Assembly (NCBI GenBank): GCA_017431955.1
Contig: JAFRKC010000003.1
Span: forward strand, 3,299 to 67,298
Length of the DNA: 64,000 nt
From: Candidatus Saccharimonadota bacterium
GTDB taxonomy: Bacteria; Patescibacteriota; Saccharimonadia; Saccharimonadales; Saccharimonadaceae
Reading direction: 5' to 3'
Of this stretch, positions 42,909 through 53,143 are shown piece after piece. Position 1 is the stretch's first letter. The number at the start of each line of letters is the position of its first letter. Position numbers and translations under genes: made by a program. Under the pieces are notes generated by a model. The model was not told the origin of the DNA. It worked only from the letters and a program-made list of their open reading frames with translations, and did no database searches.

Positions 42909-43913
42909 TTACTTTTTGTTAGCTTTTTCAAGTATGAAATTGATTGTGCTTATAAAACCCATCAAGTCCATGTAGTAATTTGGATAAATCTCTCTAATCT
43001 TATTGATCTGGCTAACAGCCACTAATACGGTTTGGCTTGTTCGGGTATTATTTCGTTCACGCAAATTATATTCTTTAAAGGCTAAGTGGTACTCCGTTTC
43101 TTTGAAACCGACGGCATCTACTTTTTTATCTTCGAGGTTTAAAGTTATAACTACATAATAGGCTTTTTTTGCATTTTCGCTATTAACAATTGGATCAGTA
43201 ACTATGTAGCTACCGATTGTTTGGAGTATCTTATTATTAATAATATTATCAACTAGAGTCGAACGAATTTTAGAAAGGCTCAAACCATCATATGCCCTAA
43301 TGACGGGAGTCTCTTCGGCAATTGCGAAAATTGATGAAACTTGGCAGAAAAAATCATGCCAATATGAAGCATCATCTTTTTCTTTTAATGAAGTACCTCG
43401 GAAGGCATCAATGGTTTCGAGTGATGTTGCCCATAAATGTTGCATTTGGGTTCGCAATTGAATCTCAACATACATCTCATCCTTCTCGAAAATGAAATGT
43501 TTCCCACGATAACCACTATCTTTGGGGTTTTGGATATAGTCTTTAGTACGTGCACGTTTAAGGTGCTTCCATCTCAGCAATGACTTCTCGACAACCTTTA
43601 GTTGATTCATATCGTCCACGATAATTCTAACACCAGCAACGTCCTGCATGCTAGAAAGTCTCATATTCTCAAAACGATTCAGTTTGTTAATTATAGTTGG
43701 AAGCCTTTTTAATCTTTGTGCAACAACTATATTATTCTTATTGATTCTTTTGGCCAATCTAACACACTTATCATAATAATTATCAAGGATCTTCCCATGT
43801 GATTCACGCCAAATGTTCAAAACATTTACCGCGTCCTGGTATTTAGGATCCATTTTTTGCTGGCGTATAATGTCACCAACTTTATCTAGTGCGCTATTAG
43901 ACATCTTTTTCAT
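42909..43913 (-). CDS. RelA/SpoT-domain protein (small alarmone synthetase-like nucleotidyltransferase)
   Basis: AQRLKRLPTIINKL, MQDVAGVRII, DYIQNPKDSGYRGKH, VEIQLRTQMQHLWA; AT-rich; leaderless start. Confidence 0.88.
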   Translation of the reverse strand: MKKMSNSALDKVGDIIRQQKMDPKYQDAVNVLNIWRESHGKILDNYYDKCVRLAKRINKNNIVVAQRLKRLPTIINKLNRFENMRLSSMQDVAGVRIIVDDMNQLKVVEKSLLRWKHLKRARTKDYIQNPKDSGYRGKHFIFEKDEMYVEIQLRTQMQHLWATSLETIDAFRGTSLKEKDDASYWHDFFCQVSSIFAIAEETPVIRAYDGLSLSKIRSTLVDNIINNKILQTIGSYIVTDPIVNSENAKKAYYVVITLNLEDKKVDAVGFKETEYHLAFKEYNLRERNNTRTSQTVLVAVSQINKIREIYPNYYMDLMGFISTINFILEKANKK

Positions 43914-44057
43914 ATGCCTATTATATCATCACAATTATATCGGCTTTATTGTCGTTCGGGTTGCTTGCTAATTTTTCTATATTTTTTATGGTTTTTAAAA
44001 AGAATTTATGGTAAAATAAGGATAAGAAGAGTTGCATATAAAAAAGAGAGGTAATAC

Positions 44058-47000
44058 ATGAAAAAATATTTGAAAAGATGTGCTGCTATGCTGCTTTTAG
44101 TGGCGCTGGCCGGAGTTGGAGTATTTGCTATCTTGTCTAAAGATGCTTCAGCCGATAACGAAGTTACGCTCCTGTGGACGCAGCCGAATGATGCAAACGA
44201 TCCGCTGTCTAATACCACAGGGATCTTCAAGGCGCAGGATGGCGGATATTTTGTTACTGGACAAGACTCCAGTAATGTTGCCATGGTGGTCAAGTTGGAT
44301 GCGAACGGCAACAAACTGTGGTCCGCAAAGTCTAGCGATGCTAGTAGTATGTATACCTCGGTAGTGGAGACCTCCGCAAGTGAATTTGTAGCGGTCGGGT
44401 ACAGCACTGATGGCGAAGCTTATGCAATCTTGAATAAATTCCAAATTTCAAATAACACAGCCGTAATGACAGAAGAACTCTCTTATGATGTTGGGGATAA
44501 TTTGGAAACTACGTTTGGGACCATACTGATTGATGACGATGACAATTTTGTTATTGCTGGAGCCTCACAAAACTCTAATGGTAACAATAGGGTTGTTTTT
44601 GTGATGAAGCTTGCTAGAAACCATTCTTGCACAGTAGATGCAAATAACTCTAGCAACCGCACTTTTTGCGATGAGGATGTTGTTTATAAAGTAGAAGGAT
44701 CGTCGACAAAAGGTTGGGGAGCTTATATATATTGGACGATAACAAAAATGGTCAAGTTAAATGATGATACTTATCTTATTCCTACTGGATCAACCTCTTC
44801 TAGAGATAATGGTTTAATAAAAGTAGAAGAATCTAACAACTCTGAGGCGCGTATCGTTTTTGAAGGTGGTGGGATGAACCAAACCTCTACGGCTGGCAGT
44901 ATGAGCGTGGCTTCTGCGGCAGATGGAGAATATATGTTAGCGAAGCGACTGCTTGGTGGTTACATGCCGATAACCGTATATTCAGAAATGACTAACGGTG
45001 ACAATCATTTCTTATGGATAAACGGTGGAATTTGGGGAGATTTTATGAGTACTGCACAGCCACGTTATGTTGTAGACCAGATTAATTACGCATCATATTA
45101 TCAAAGTATCGGAATAATTCCAACCAATGATGGTGAATATTTAGTTTATGGTGGTATAACCGATACTAATGCTACATATTCAAATAGTACATTAACAAAA
45201 GTAAATGGTGCTACCTATGAAGTCATTTGGGAAACAACCGGCGATATTGGAATTAAAAATGAAGGAAATTATTTATTCATTGGGGTAGTTGCAGACGGAA
45301 ATGGAATTTATACGGCAGTAGATAATAAAGGCGTCGTTAGGCAATATCAAGACAACACCTCGTATCATCATATCAGCTACCATATCGTAGGTAATAGTCC
45401 TTTTGGTGAGGATTATGATAATACTAGCAGTTATTGCCACCAAAAAGTTAGAACTAGCGCAGCAGCGGGCACTACTTTTGGCGAATTAGAAAATTATAGC
45501 GAGTGCATGCAAACGATATATTCAAGCAACTATACTGCTCTCGATTCCGCAAACTATATTGCAGGCTATACATTTGACGGGTGGTATACTGATGATACCT
45601 TTACTACCAAATTCACAGAGGAAAATATTATCGCGGACAGAGACATAAATCTTTATGGTAGATACACGAAAAAATCTTATGAAATTCCGTTCTATATAGC
45701 AACTTATGATAGTGCTGATTCTGACCCGGAGTATACTTTAATAAGCACGCAGACTGCTAGTGTAGGAGACGCAATAGAATTTCCTAGTAATGTTACTCCG
45801 GAAGGCGATGGTTGGGAGGAACCTGACGGTTGGTATGGTGTTGTAATTGATGGCGATTCAAAAACTATAAATACTGCCATAAAAACCGATGAAAATCAGA
45901 ACCCTATTTTGGCTTCTGCTAATATTATGCTGAAGGAAAAAGCAAAAATTAATCCTGATGCCCTTGTTGGACAAGAAGGCGGTGGAACACCGATTCAGGA
46001 ACATTATTATGATGGTTTAGTAATGAAATTTGTAAGACAAACAAACACTGTGAGTTATAATTTCACGGGCAATGGTTGCTATCCTAGCGGTAATTATATT
46101 AGGTCTGGTACAGAGACGGTTGCTTATGGTGGCACGTTTGATGTTGGGCCGGTAATTACGGAGGACAAGCAATGCTATTTAACTAATCTCCAAAGTTCTA
46201 CTGATGGGACAAACTGGATAGGCTTTAACCCGGCCACGCCAATCACTGAAGATACACAGGTCAAAGGTGAATGGATGCAAAATTATTTGGTAGTGAAAGA
46301 TGATGAACTGCAGTATGCAGATGGGACCGCGTTTAACACTAGCGATGCTGGTGGGATCGAATACAATCCAAGTACTAATACATTGGCGCTCAATAATTAT
46401 GTATCGGAAATTGGCAGTAGCTACTGTGCTTCTGGCGCCTACGAAGTTGAATTTAGCTGTTTCTTGCCAGTGAAAATTGAAAATGGTGATGATCCAGTGA
46501 CGGTTATCTTTAATGGTGTCAACAATGATTTATCTAAGGGCGGGCTACATTCTACTTCGCCACTCATACTCGATGGGGATGGAGAACTATCAACTCTTAA
46601 TAGTTATACTCGGGACATAACTTCTACATCTAGTATTGTGATTGAGGGCGGAAAATATTACTGTTATGAAATGGTTGCTGTAGGAAACTTAATAGTGAAT
46701 GGTGGGGAATATGATTGTTCAAGAACCGTTGTTGAACCAAATAATAATGGAGTAGCAAATCTGGTAATTAAAGATGGAGATTTTGACTCTTCCTATATAT
46801 CTATGAATGGCTCGGAGAATAACTTTACTGTAGACGATGGGCATGTTGAATTAGAAGAAATTAGGCTAGAAGGCGAGGGAGATAATAAGGACTTAAATGT
46901 TCTGGTTGAGGATGGCGAAGTTTTTATAACAGGCGTCGAAGATACGCTTAGGACAAAGAACTTTATTATAGATGGAGGGGAAGTTTATGCAATGGGGTAT

Positions 47001-48053
47001 GTCAAAGCTGAACATTTGGAAGTAAATGATGGCGAATTGACGATATCTCCTATTTACCCGATGGAAGCAGCCCTAGAAATCACTGGCACTGCCGAATTTA
47101 ATGGTGGCACAACGACAATTTCTGGAGGCAGAACTCCTATAATGGTAGAGCCAGAAGGAGAGATCGATGGCCCATTAGTCTCATTTAATGGTGGTGATGT
47201 GACTATCAAAGTACTGAAAGACACCGATGCGGTACTTAGCTATATCGTAGATTCTCAAATAGAAATGTTTAGGCCTGAAATAGAAGAGGAAATGCATATT
47301 CAAGAGCAGAAGGATGCTGTTGCCGCCATGAGTGACGAAGAAATTAGCCAGGGCTGTAGCGCTAGCCTTAGTGATATAAATGAGATGCGCACTGCGGTCG
47401 GGATGGACCCATACGAAAACGCCGATGAGTGCGCAGCAAACTTAAAAGCCGATTATCCAGCAATGATGGATGGTATGTTAGAGGCTCAGCTTGAATATTA
47501 TCGCCAAATGCTAGAACAAGAAGTCGAAAACATGAGGCCACAAATTGAATCAATGATGGCGCAGGTTACTCCTGCACCAATAGCTATTCTTGCGGATGAT
47601 GAATCCGCAATTAGTATTGCTGAATATATGGAAAGAGATGCCTTTGATACCATAGATGGTGAAAGTGAGAGAAAACCACTGACGGTTGCAAAGGGGAGCA
47701 TGAGAATGGGTGGTCAAAGTATGGCGTTTATTACGTTTAGTAATGGTGATGGTGATCCTTCTATTGACGCAGTATTCGATGAGGATACTGGAGAATTTGC
47801 TGGTTACAATGCAACCAATATCCCACTAATGGCGCATATCTACGCAAAAGAAACTCCGCCAGTGCCAGACACTGATCCGGATGATGCCGGTGATGAAGAG
47901 AGCGACGATGAGAGCAATCCAGGTGCCAGCGATACTGGGCTCCCTCAATTTGATTCTTCAGCGGTAATTGGTAGTTCCCTGATTAGTGTTGCAGTGATGG
48001 GTATAGCCGGAATCATGCTTATCGTTTATCGAAGAAATCGCCAAAGTAAATAA
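44058..48053 (+). CDS. Giant surface protein (propeller-like N-terminus, B-repeats, beta-helix-like GG repeats, PGASDTG-TM-basic tail)
   Basis: 1331 aa; signal peptide; QDGGYFVTG; GYTFDGWY...LYGRY; YNPSTNTLALNNY; repeated xIxGGx; C-terminal TM plus RRNRQSK. Confidence 0.8.
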   Translation: MKKYLKRCAAMLLLVALAGVGVFAILSKDASADNEVTLLWTQPNDANDPLSNTTGIFKAQDGGYFVTGQDSSNVAMVVKLDANGNKLWSAKSSDASSMYTSVVETSASEFVAVGYSTDGEAYAILNKFQISNNTAVMTEELSYDVGDNLETTFGTILIDDDDNFVIAGASQNSNGNNRVVFVMKLARNHSCTVDANNSSNRTFCDEDVVYKVEGSSTKGWGAYIYWTITKMVKLNDDTYLIPTGSTSSRDNGLIKVEESNNSEARIVFEGGGMNQTSTAGSMSVASAADGEYMLAKRLLGGYMPITVYSEMTNGDNHFLWINGGIWGDFMSTAQPRYVVDQINYASYYQSIGIIPTNDGEYLVYGGITDTNATYSNSTLTKVNGATYEVIWETTGDIGIKNEGNYLFIGVVADGNGIYTAVDNKGVVRQYQDNTSYHHISYHIVGNSPFGEDYDNTSSYCHQKVRTSAAAGTTFGELENYSECMQTIYSSNYTALDSANYIAGYTFDGWYTDDTFTTKFTEENIIADRDINLYGRYTKKSYEIPFYIATYDSADSDPEYTLISTQTASVGDAIEFPSNVTPEGDGWEEPDGWYGVVIDGDSKTINTAIKTDENQNPILASANIMLKEKAKINPDALVGQEGGGTPIQEHYYDGLVMKFVRQTNTVSYNFTGNGCYPSGNYIRSGTETVAYGGTFDVGPVITEDKQCYLTNLQSSTDGTNWIGFNPATPITEDTQVKGEWMQNYLVVKDDELQYADGTAFNTSDAGGIEYNPSTNTLALNNYVSEIGSSYCASGAYEVEFSCFLPVKIENGDDPVTVIFNGVNNDLSKGGLHSTSPLILDGDGELSTLNSYTRDITSTSSIVIEGGKYYCYEMVAVGNLIVNGGEYDCSRTVVEPNNNGVANLVIKDGDFDSSYISMNGSENNFTVDDGHVELEEIRLEGEGDNKDLNVLVEDGEVFITGVEDTLRTKNFIIDGGEVYAMGYVKAEHLEVNDGELTISPIYPMEAALEITGTAEFNGGTTTISGGRTPIMVEPEGEIDGPLVSFNGGDVTIKVLKDTDAVLSYIVDSQIEMFRPEIEEEMHIQEQKDAVAAMSDEEISQGCSASLSDINEMRTAVGMDPYENADECAANLKADYPAMMDGMLEAQLEYYRQMLEQEVENMRPQIESMMAQVTPAPIAILADDESAISIAEYMERDAFDTIDGESERKPLTVAKGSMRMGGQSMAFITFSNGDGDPSIDAVFDEDTGEFAGYNATNIPLMAHIYAKETPPVPDTDPDDAGDEESDDESNPGASDTGLPQFDSSAVIGSSLISVAVMGIAGIMLIVYRRNRQSK

Positions 48054-48150
48054 GCTTGCTATTTTAGCCATAGTATGTAACAATACCTGCACGAGCTGGT
48101 AGGGGCTTTGTACTTTGATCGCTAAGACACATCACTTGCGGGGAGGTTTG

Positions 48151-48456
48151 ATGATGCAAAAACATTTTGCACTAGGCAAAGTTAATGATAGTCTTGTGTT
48201 TGTAGTTATAGATACTGAGGCCAATGTTGTAAAATTCAAAACCCGTGGACGCAGAATCGTGTTCGAAGATATCTTCGGAAACGACAACATCTTTAGTGAA
48301 TTGATAAACTGCTGCTATGGGTTGGGCGACGGCTCGGAATGCCACATTGGGCTTCACGATCATATCGAATACTACCACACTATCGAAATTCCAATCATTG
48401 CGAATTTGATTCAAGAACACTATGATCAGATTCTTAAAGAAGAAGGCTGGTCGTAA
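48151..48456 (+). CDS. Small hypothetical protein
   Basis: GGAGG SD before ATGATG; terminator AGGCGACT...AGTCGCCT at 48461-48483. Confidence 0.6.
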   Translation: MMQKHFALGKVNDSLVFVVIDTEANVVKFKTRGRRIVFEDIFGNDNIFSELINCCYGLGDGSECHIGLHDHIEYYHTIEIPIIANLIQEHYDQILKEEGWS

Positions 48457-48509
48457 GTTTAGGCGACTCCTACCAAGTCGCCTATTTTCATGGTATAATA
48501 TATATATTC

Positions 48510-48584
48510 GGGGCAGTCGTTCAACGGATAGGACATATCCCCTCTAAGGATACAATGCTGGTTCGATTCCAACCTGCCCTACCA
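48510..48584 (+). tRNA. tRNA-Arg(TCT)
   Basis: GGGGCAG/CTGCCCT acceptor, TATCC-CCTCTAA-GGATA anticodon arm, CCA. Confidence 0.93.
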
Positions 48585-48598
48585 AATTTAAATTGAAT

Positions 48599-49252
48599 AT
48601 GATTATAGGTATTTTAGATTCTGGAATTGGTGGAAAAACCGTTCTAAAAGAAATTAAAAAACTTCTTCCAGACGAAGAATTTGTTTACTTTGCAGATTAT
48701 GAAAATTGTCCTTATGGCACTAAATCGTTAGATGAGCTGAAAAAAATTGTGTCTAGTGGTGTTGAGTATTTATTATCTAAGGGTGCAAAAATTATTGTGC
48801 TGGCTTGTAATACCGCCACCACGCAAACAGTAAATTTTTTGCGAGAAAGATATCCTACGGTGCCGTTTGTGGGGACAGAACCAGCGATTAAAAAAGCCTG
48901 CAGCGAAAGTTCTGACGCAGCTAAAATCCTGTTGCTTGTTACAGAGGGCACAGCGCGAGCAGAAAGAACACGTGAGCTAATTGATTCAAATAAAAAACCA
49001 GAACAAAAAGTAGAAGTTGTGGCCTGTCCGGGGCTAGCGAAAGCGATTGAGGATGGAGATGATGCAAAGATCGAGGTGGTGCTTTCGGAAATTGAAATTG
49101 CCGAAAAGTTTGAAACCGTAGTTCTTGGCTGTACTCATTATCCAATTATCCGCGACAAAATTCAGCGAAAGTTCCCTGCCGCAAAATTAATTGACGGTAG
49201 CGAGGGTGTGGCGAAAGAAGTCTTGCGTGTTTATCAAGAAATTAATTCTTAG
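48599..49252 (+). CDS. murI: Glutamate racemase
   Basis: IGILDSGIGG, YFADYENCPYG, IVLACNTAT, GTEPAIK, VVLGCTHYP, LIDGS. Confidence 0.96.
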   Translation: MIIGILDSGIGGKTVLKEIKKLLPDEEFVYFADYENCPYGTKSLDELKKIVSSGVEYLLSKGAKIIVLACNTATTQTVNFLRERYPTVPFVGTEPAIKKACSESSDAAKILLLVTEGTARAERTRELIDSNKKPEQKVEVVACPGLAKAIEDGDDAKIEVVLSEIEIAEKFETVVLGCTHYPIIRDKIQRKFPAAKLIDGSEGVAKEVLRVYQEINS

Positions 49253-50018
49253 GTTTTTCGAGCTGATAATAAATTGATGGGGCAAAGCGAACTGGTGCGA
49301 GTGTTACCTGGGCGCTTTTTTCTAGCCTAACAAGAACTTTGGTGCCAAAAATTTTTTTAAGTTTAGTGCTGCGGAAGTTGGAAACGGAACGTACTTTTTT
49401 GATTTTGAAACCAGATTTTTTGAAAACTTCTTCGATGTATTTTGGATGATAGTTGTAAAAACCATCTTTGTTTAAATCTTTAAGATGGGATGGTTTGCGA
49501 TCGAAAGGATTAACGTCGGATTTTTTAAACCAATATCTAAACATCTTTGGCAAAGTCTTTTTGTTGGCAACTTCAATCACGGCAATGCCGCCAGGTGCAA
49601 GCACGCGATAAAGTTCGTTTGAGACTTTTTGCATTTCTTTGAAATGATGGGTGGCACGGACCATAAGGAGCGAATCGAATTCGTTGTCTTTGAATGGAAG
49701 CGCGTAAATATCACCGGCCTTGGTGTTAATTTTGTCGCCATATTTATCTTTGGCTTGTTTTAACTCGGTTTTGGAATAATCAAAAATGGTGGATTTTTTG
49801 GCGCGATGAATGTATTCGTCGGCTAAGCGGCCATAGCCACCAGCGATGTCGACAAAGTTTTCCATTTTTTCTGGCAAAAGTTTGCGAATAGCAATGCGGT
49901 CTGCCATGTCTTCGTATTTGCGATCAGCATCTTCCCAAAAAATCTTTTTATAATCGTAGCCATTGTAATCAGAAATTACTTTTTCTGATTTTTGTTTAGT
50001 ATTCTTTGCAGTTGTCAT
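49242..50018 (-). CDS. Class I SAM-dependent methyltransferase
   Basis: FVDIAGGYGRL, IFDYS, GDIYALPFKDNEFD, LYRVLAPGG. Confidence 0.9.
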   Translation of the reverse strand: MTTAKNTKQKSEKVISDYNGYDYKKIFWEDADRKYEDMADRIAIRKLLPEKMENFVDIAGGYGRLADEYIHRAKKSTIFDYSKTELKQAKDKYGDKINTKAGDIYALPFKDNEFDSLLMVRATHHFKEMQKVSNELYRVLAPGGIAVIEVANKKTLPKMFRYWFKKSDVNPFDRKPSHLKDLNKDGFYNYHPKYIEEVFKKSGFKIKKVRSVSNFRSTKLKKIFGTKVLVRLEKSAQVTLAPVRFAPSIYYQLEKPKN

Positions 50019-50026
50019 AGAATATA

Positions 50027-51634
50027 TTATATCACGCGGGATACTTCTTCGAGAGAAGTTTCACCACTGATCGCAGCAAGTAGGCCTTTTTGCGTGAGAG
50101 TGAGCATGCCGTTTTTCTTGGCGGCTTTTTCAATGGCTTCGGTGTGAATATCTTCGATATCACCACGGATAAATGATTGAATGTCTTCGGTAACAACTAG
50201 TTGCTCCATAATGACCGTACGGCCTTTATAGCCAAATGGATTATCCTCAGTTGGAACTGGGCGGTAAAGTACCAGATTGTCCCAATCGATTCCCTCGACG
50301 CCATCGAGCTCTTTTCTGAGATAATTCATGGTGGCTTCATCTGGAGCGTAGGCTTCTTTGGAATCGGAGAGTTTGCGCACGAGACGCTGAGCAATGATGA
50401 GACGAATTGAGCTGGCAAAAATTGGATTCGTGCCGATAAGGTCAATCATGCGAGAAAAGGCCGCGGAGGTAGAATTGGCGTGGAATGAGCTAAGCACTAG
50501 ATGTCCAGTGATAGAAGCCTGGATGGCGGTTTTGGCAGTATCGGCATCGCGAATCTCGCCGACCATCACGACATCTGGGTCGAGACGAAGCACGGATCTT
50601 AAGCCCTCGGCAAAAGAACCACCGCTGTTGGTATTGATTGGAATTTGCGAGATGCCCGTAATGCCGTATTCGATTGGATCCTCTAGAGTGATGATTTTTC
50701 TTTCGGTAGTGTTTAAAGCGTTGATAATGGAATAAAGCGTGGTGGATTTACCAGAACCGGTAGGGCCAACCATCAAAACGAGCCCGCGTGGATGCGAAAT
50801 GATTTCGGAAATTTCTTTCATTTCCTTTTCTTTAAGGCCAAGGAGATCAAGTTTTAATAATGTTTCGTCGAAGTTAAAAAGGCGAAGCACGGCGTCTTGG
50901 CCATACATGGTCGGAATAGTTTCTACACGGATATTTAGAAGATGCGTAGCGCCATTGCGATGAATTTCGGTTTGCATGTGGCCGGATTGCGGTTTGTTGG
51001 ATGCGGTAGAGACATTAGCACGAGATGAAAGCTCGCCCATAAAGACACGGTAGTGGTTTTTGTCGATGTTGGCCACTGGGTGGAGAATACCATCGACACG
51101 CATACGAATGCGAATCTCGTTTCTGAGATTTTCGATATGAATATCTGATGCACCGAGTTTGTCGGCTTGGTCTAAAAGAAAATCAAATACTTTTTCGGTA
51201 GAAACAGAATTAAGGGTGTTGCTAACCGAAGCGATGGTTTCGGAATCACCTTCGTCGCTGATTTTGATGTCGTCATAATGTACGGTTTTTGGTGGGTCAT
51301 AACGCAACATAAAAACTTGATAAGCAGAGTGGGAAATTAGGAAAAAGTCGATGCGTTCGCCCTTATCGGAATACTCCTGGCGCATGTTGTCTATAACAGA
51401 ACGTGGAGTTTGACTGGTGACCATAAATTGATAATGGTCTTCGCCGCCACCGTCTTGTAAAGGAATGATATAGTTTTGATGCATCTCAGAGATATCAAGT
51501 AGACCCCTGGTGAGATCGATGTTATTTTCGAATTCACGGGTGTCTAGATACGGAAAGCCCAAGATTCTGGCACGCCTTTCGGTGGCCTGTTCTTCATTAT
51601 CTCTGCGTTTGCGCTGAACTTCCTGTTCGTCCAT
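50027..51634 (-). CDS. GspE/PulE/PilB-family secretion/pilus assembly ATPase
   Basis: ASDIHIE, IRMRVDGIL, GPTGSGKSTTLY, ITLEDPIEY, LRLDPDVVMVGEIRD, TGHLVLSSFHAN. Confidence 0.95.
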   Translation of the reverse strand: MDEQEVQRKRRDNEEQATERRARILGFPYLDTREFENNIDLTRGLLDISEMHQNYIIPLQDGGGEDHYQFMVTSQTPRSVIDNMRQEYSDKGERIDFFLISHSAYQVFMLRYDPPKTVHYDDIKISDEGDSETIASVSNTLNSVSTEKVFDFLLDQADKLGASDIHIENLRNEIRIRMRVDGILHPVANIDKNHYRVFMGELSSRANVSTASNKPQSGHMQTEIHRNGATHLLNIRVETIPTMYGQDAVLRLFNFDETLLKLDLLGLKEKEMKEISEIISHPRGLVLMVGPTGSGKSTTLYSIINALNTTERKIITLEDPIEYGITGISQIPINTNSGGSFAEGLRSVLRLDPDVVMVGEIRDADTAKTAIQASITGHLVLSSFHANSTSAAFSRMIDLIGTNPIFASSIRLIIAQRLVRKLSDSKEAYAPDEATMNYLRKELDGVEGIDWDNLVLYRPVPTEDNPFGYKGRTVIMEQLVVTEDIQSFIRGDIEDIHTEAIEKAAKKNGMLTLTQKGLLAAISGETSLEEVSRVI

Positions 51635-51671
51635 GGTATTATTATAACACCATAACGCTTATGTTTATAGG

Positions 51672-52370
51672 CTACTCGGCAAGTTTTTCGTCGATTTTCT
51701 TACGCATGAAGTCTAGGAAGCTAACCTGAGAACTATTGTCGTACCAATCTAGCATTTCACCATCCATATAGAAGGCTGGGGTGGCAGTGATCTCTACTTT
51801 TTGGGCTAAAGCAACATCAAAGTCGATTTTTGCGGATACTGCGTCGCTGATCATGTCTGTTTTGAATTTTTCTAGATCGCCTTTGCCGTCGGTGACTTCA
51901 TTGAAATATTTGACGAAATAGTTCCCTCTTTCGGATGCGCTGGCATATTCCCATTCTGATTGGTTAGAAAAGAGGAAATCGGCGTATTTCTTCCAATATC
52001 CTTGCAAGCCAGCTGCTTCGGCGGCAGCGGCGGCGGCATGAGCGTTGGCGTGGTAACTCAAAAGAAAGCTGCGGTAGACGATACCGATTTTATCGCCGTA
52101 TTCTTCTACGAGCTTGTTTACCCATGGGTTAACCGAAGCACAGCCTGGACACTGGTAGTCGGCATATTCGTAAATGATAACCTTGGCATCTTTGTTGCCT
52201 TTGACGTGGTCGGCAATGCCGCCATTGGCGTCGTTTGGTTCCATGATGGAATACTCGTCATAGTTAGTAAAATCTGTTGCATTTTCTTTTTTCTCGGCAG
52301 TAGTCCAAATAGCAAAGACCACAAATGCTGCGACAATCACACCGATGATAATACCTGTAACTCTATTCAT
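51672..52370 (-). CDS. DsbA-like thioredoxin-fold membrane-anchored oxidoreductase
   Basis: YADYQCPGC, AAAAAEAAGLQG.YW, TATPAFY; start MNRVTG at 52370. Confidence 0.9.
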   Translation of the reverse strand: MNRVTGIIIGVIVAAFVVFAIWTTAEKKENATDFTNYDEYSIMEPNDANGGIADHVKGNKDAKVIIYEYADYQCPGCASVNPWVNKLVEEYGDKIGIVYRSFLLSYHANAHAAAAAAEAAGLQGYWKKYADFLFSNQSEWEYASASERGNYFVKYFNEVTDGKGDLEKFKTDMISDAVSAKIDFDVALAQKVEITATPAFYMDGEMLDWYDNSSQVSFLDFMRKKIDEKLAE

Positions 52371-52389
52371 GCTATAATTATAGCATGAA
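52366..52389. promoter_or_regulatory. Perfect 24-bp palindrome acting as a bidirectional leaderless promoter
   Basis: TTCATGCTATAATTATAGCATGAA; TGcTATAAT-N6-ATG on both strands. Confidence 0.8.
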
Positions 52390-53017
52390 ACCAACTCTGA
52401 ACAAGATGATAAAACGCTTTGTAAAGTGGGTTGATCCTAAGCTCGAAAAGTATCGTAAAAAAGAAAGCGCCAAGCCTTACACTCCGAAAGATTTAGAGGA
52501 TTTGCTAGGAATTTTAAAAAGAACCCCAAAGGATGTTTTAACTTCTAAACAGCGCAGAATAATTTCTAATGTGATGTCTTTTGATGCGCGAAAAGTAAAA
52601 GAAATAATGATAAAAAAAGATGAGATTGTTTTTGTGCACGACCACGACATGCTTGGCCCGTTGATGTTGGACCGTTTGTATCGTTCTGGGCACTCACATT
52701 TTCCGGTACTCGATAAAACTAAGGATGTGGTAGGGATTTTGCATACTGATTCTTTTAATAGTTTGGAAAATAAAAATACCGATCGCGTAGAAAAATATTT
52801 GGACAGAAACGTTTATTACGTAAATGAAAATTATTCGCTTGAGCAGGCCCTAGCGGCATTTGTAAGAACAAATTGTTATTTCTTTATTGTGATAAATAAA
52901 TTTGAAGAAATCACGGGGCTTCTGCCGTTTGAGGCGTTGATTGAATATTTGCTAGGCAATATGCCAGACGATAGTTTCGCACAAGACACTGATAAACGCA
53001 TGGTAGCAAAGCGATAA
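52385..53017 (+). CDS. CBS-domain protein (CorC/HlyC-like CBS pair)
   Basis: KVKEIMIKK, SGHSHFPV...VVGILH, ALAAF...FFIVINKFEEITGLL. Confidence 0.85.
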   Translation: MKPTLNKMIKRFVKWVDPKLEKYRKKESAKPYTPKDLEDLLGILKRTPKDVLTSKQRRIISNVMSFDARKVKEIMIKKDEIVFVHDHDMLGPLMLDRLYRSGHSHFPVLDKTKDVVGILHTDSFNSLENKNTDRVEKYLDRNVYYVNENYSLEQALAAFVRTNCYFFIVINKFEEITGLLPFEALIEYLLGNMPDDSFAQDTDKRMVAKR

Positions 53018-53042
53018 AAAAGAATCCCCTTTCAGGGATTCT
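53016..53042. terminator. Terminator between the convergent CBS gene and the 27-aa ORF
   Basis: AGAATCCC-ctttca-GGGATTCT with A6 on the left. Confidence 0.7.
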
Positions 53043-53059
53043 AACGCATTTTTATCATC

Positions 53060-53143
53060 TTAGATTTCGATGAACTCTTGCCAGGCGGCAGGAGGAATTT
53101 GCGACTTTTTGCGTGTGTGAGAGCGCTTAAGCCTGATACGCAT
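53060..53143 (-). CDS. Small basic protein, 27 aa (MRIRLKRSHTRKKSQIPPAAWQEFIEI)
   Basis: Below the ORF-track cutoff; AAGGAG 8 nt before ATG, TTGCCA-N17-TATTAT promoter, terminator downstream. Confidence 0.6.
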   Translation of the reverse strand: MRIRLKRSHTRKKSQIPPAAWQEFIEI

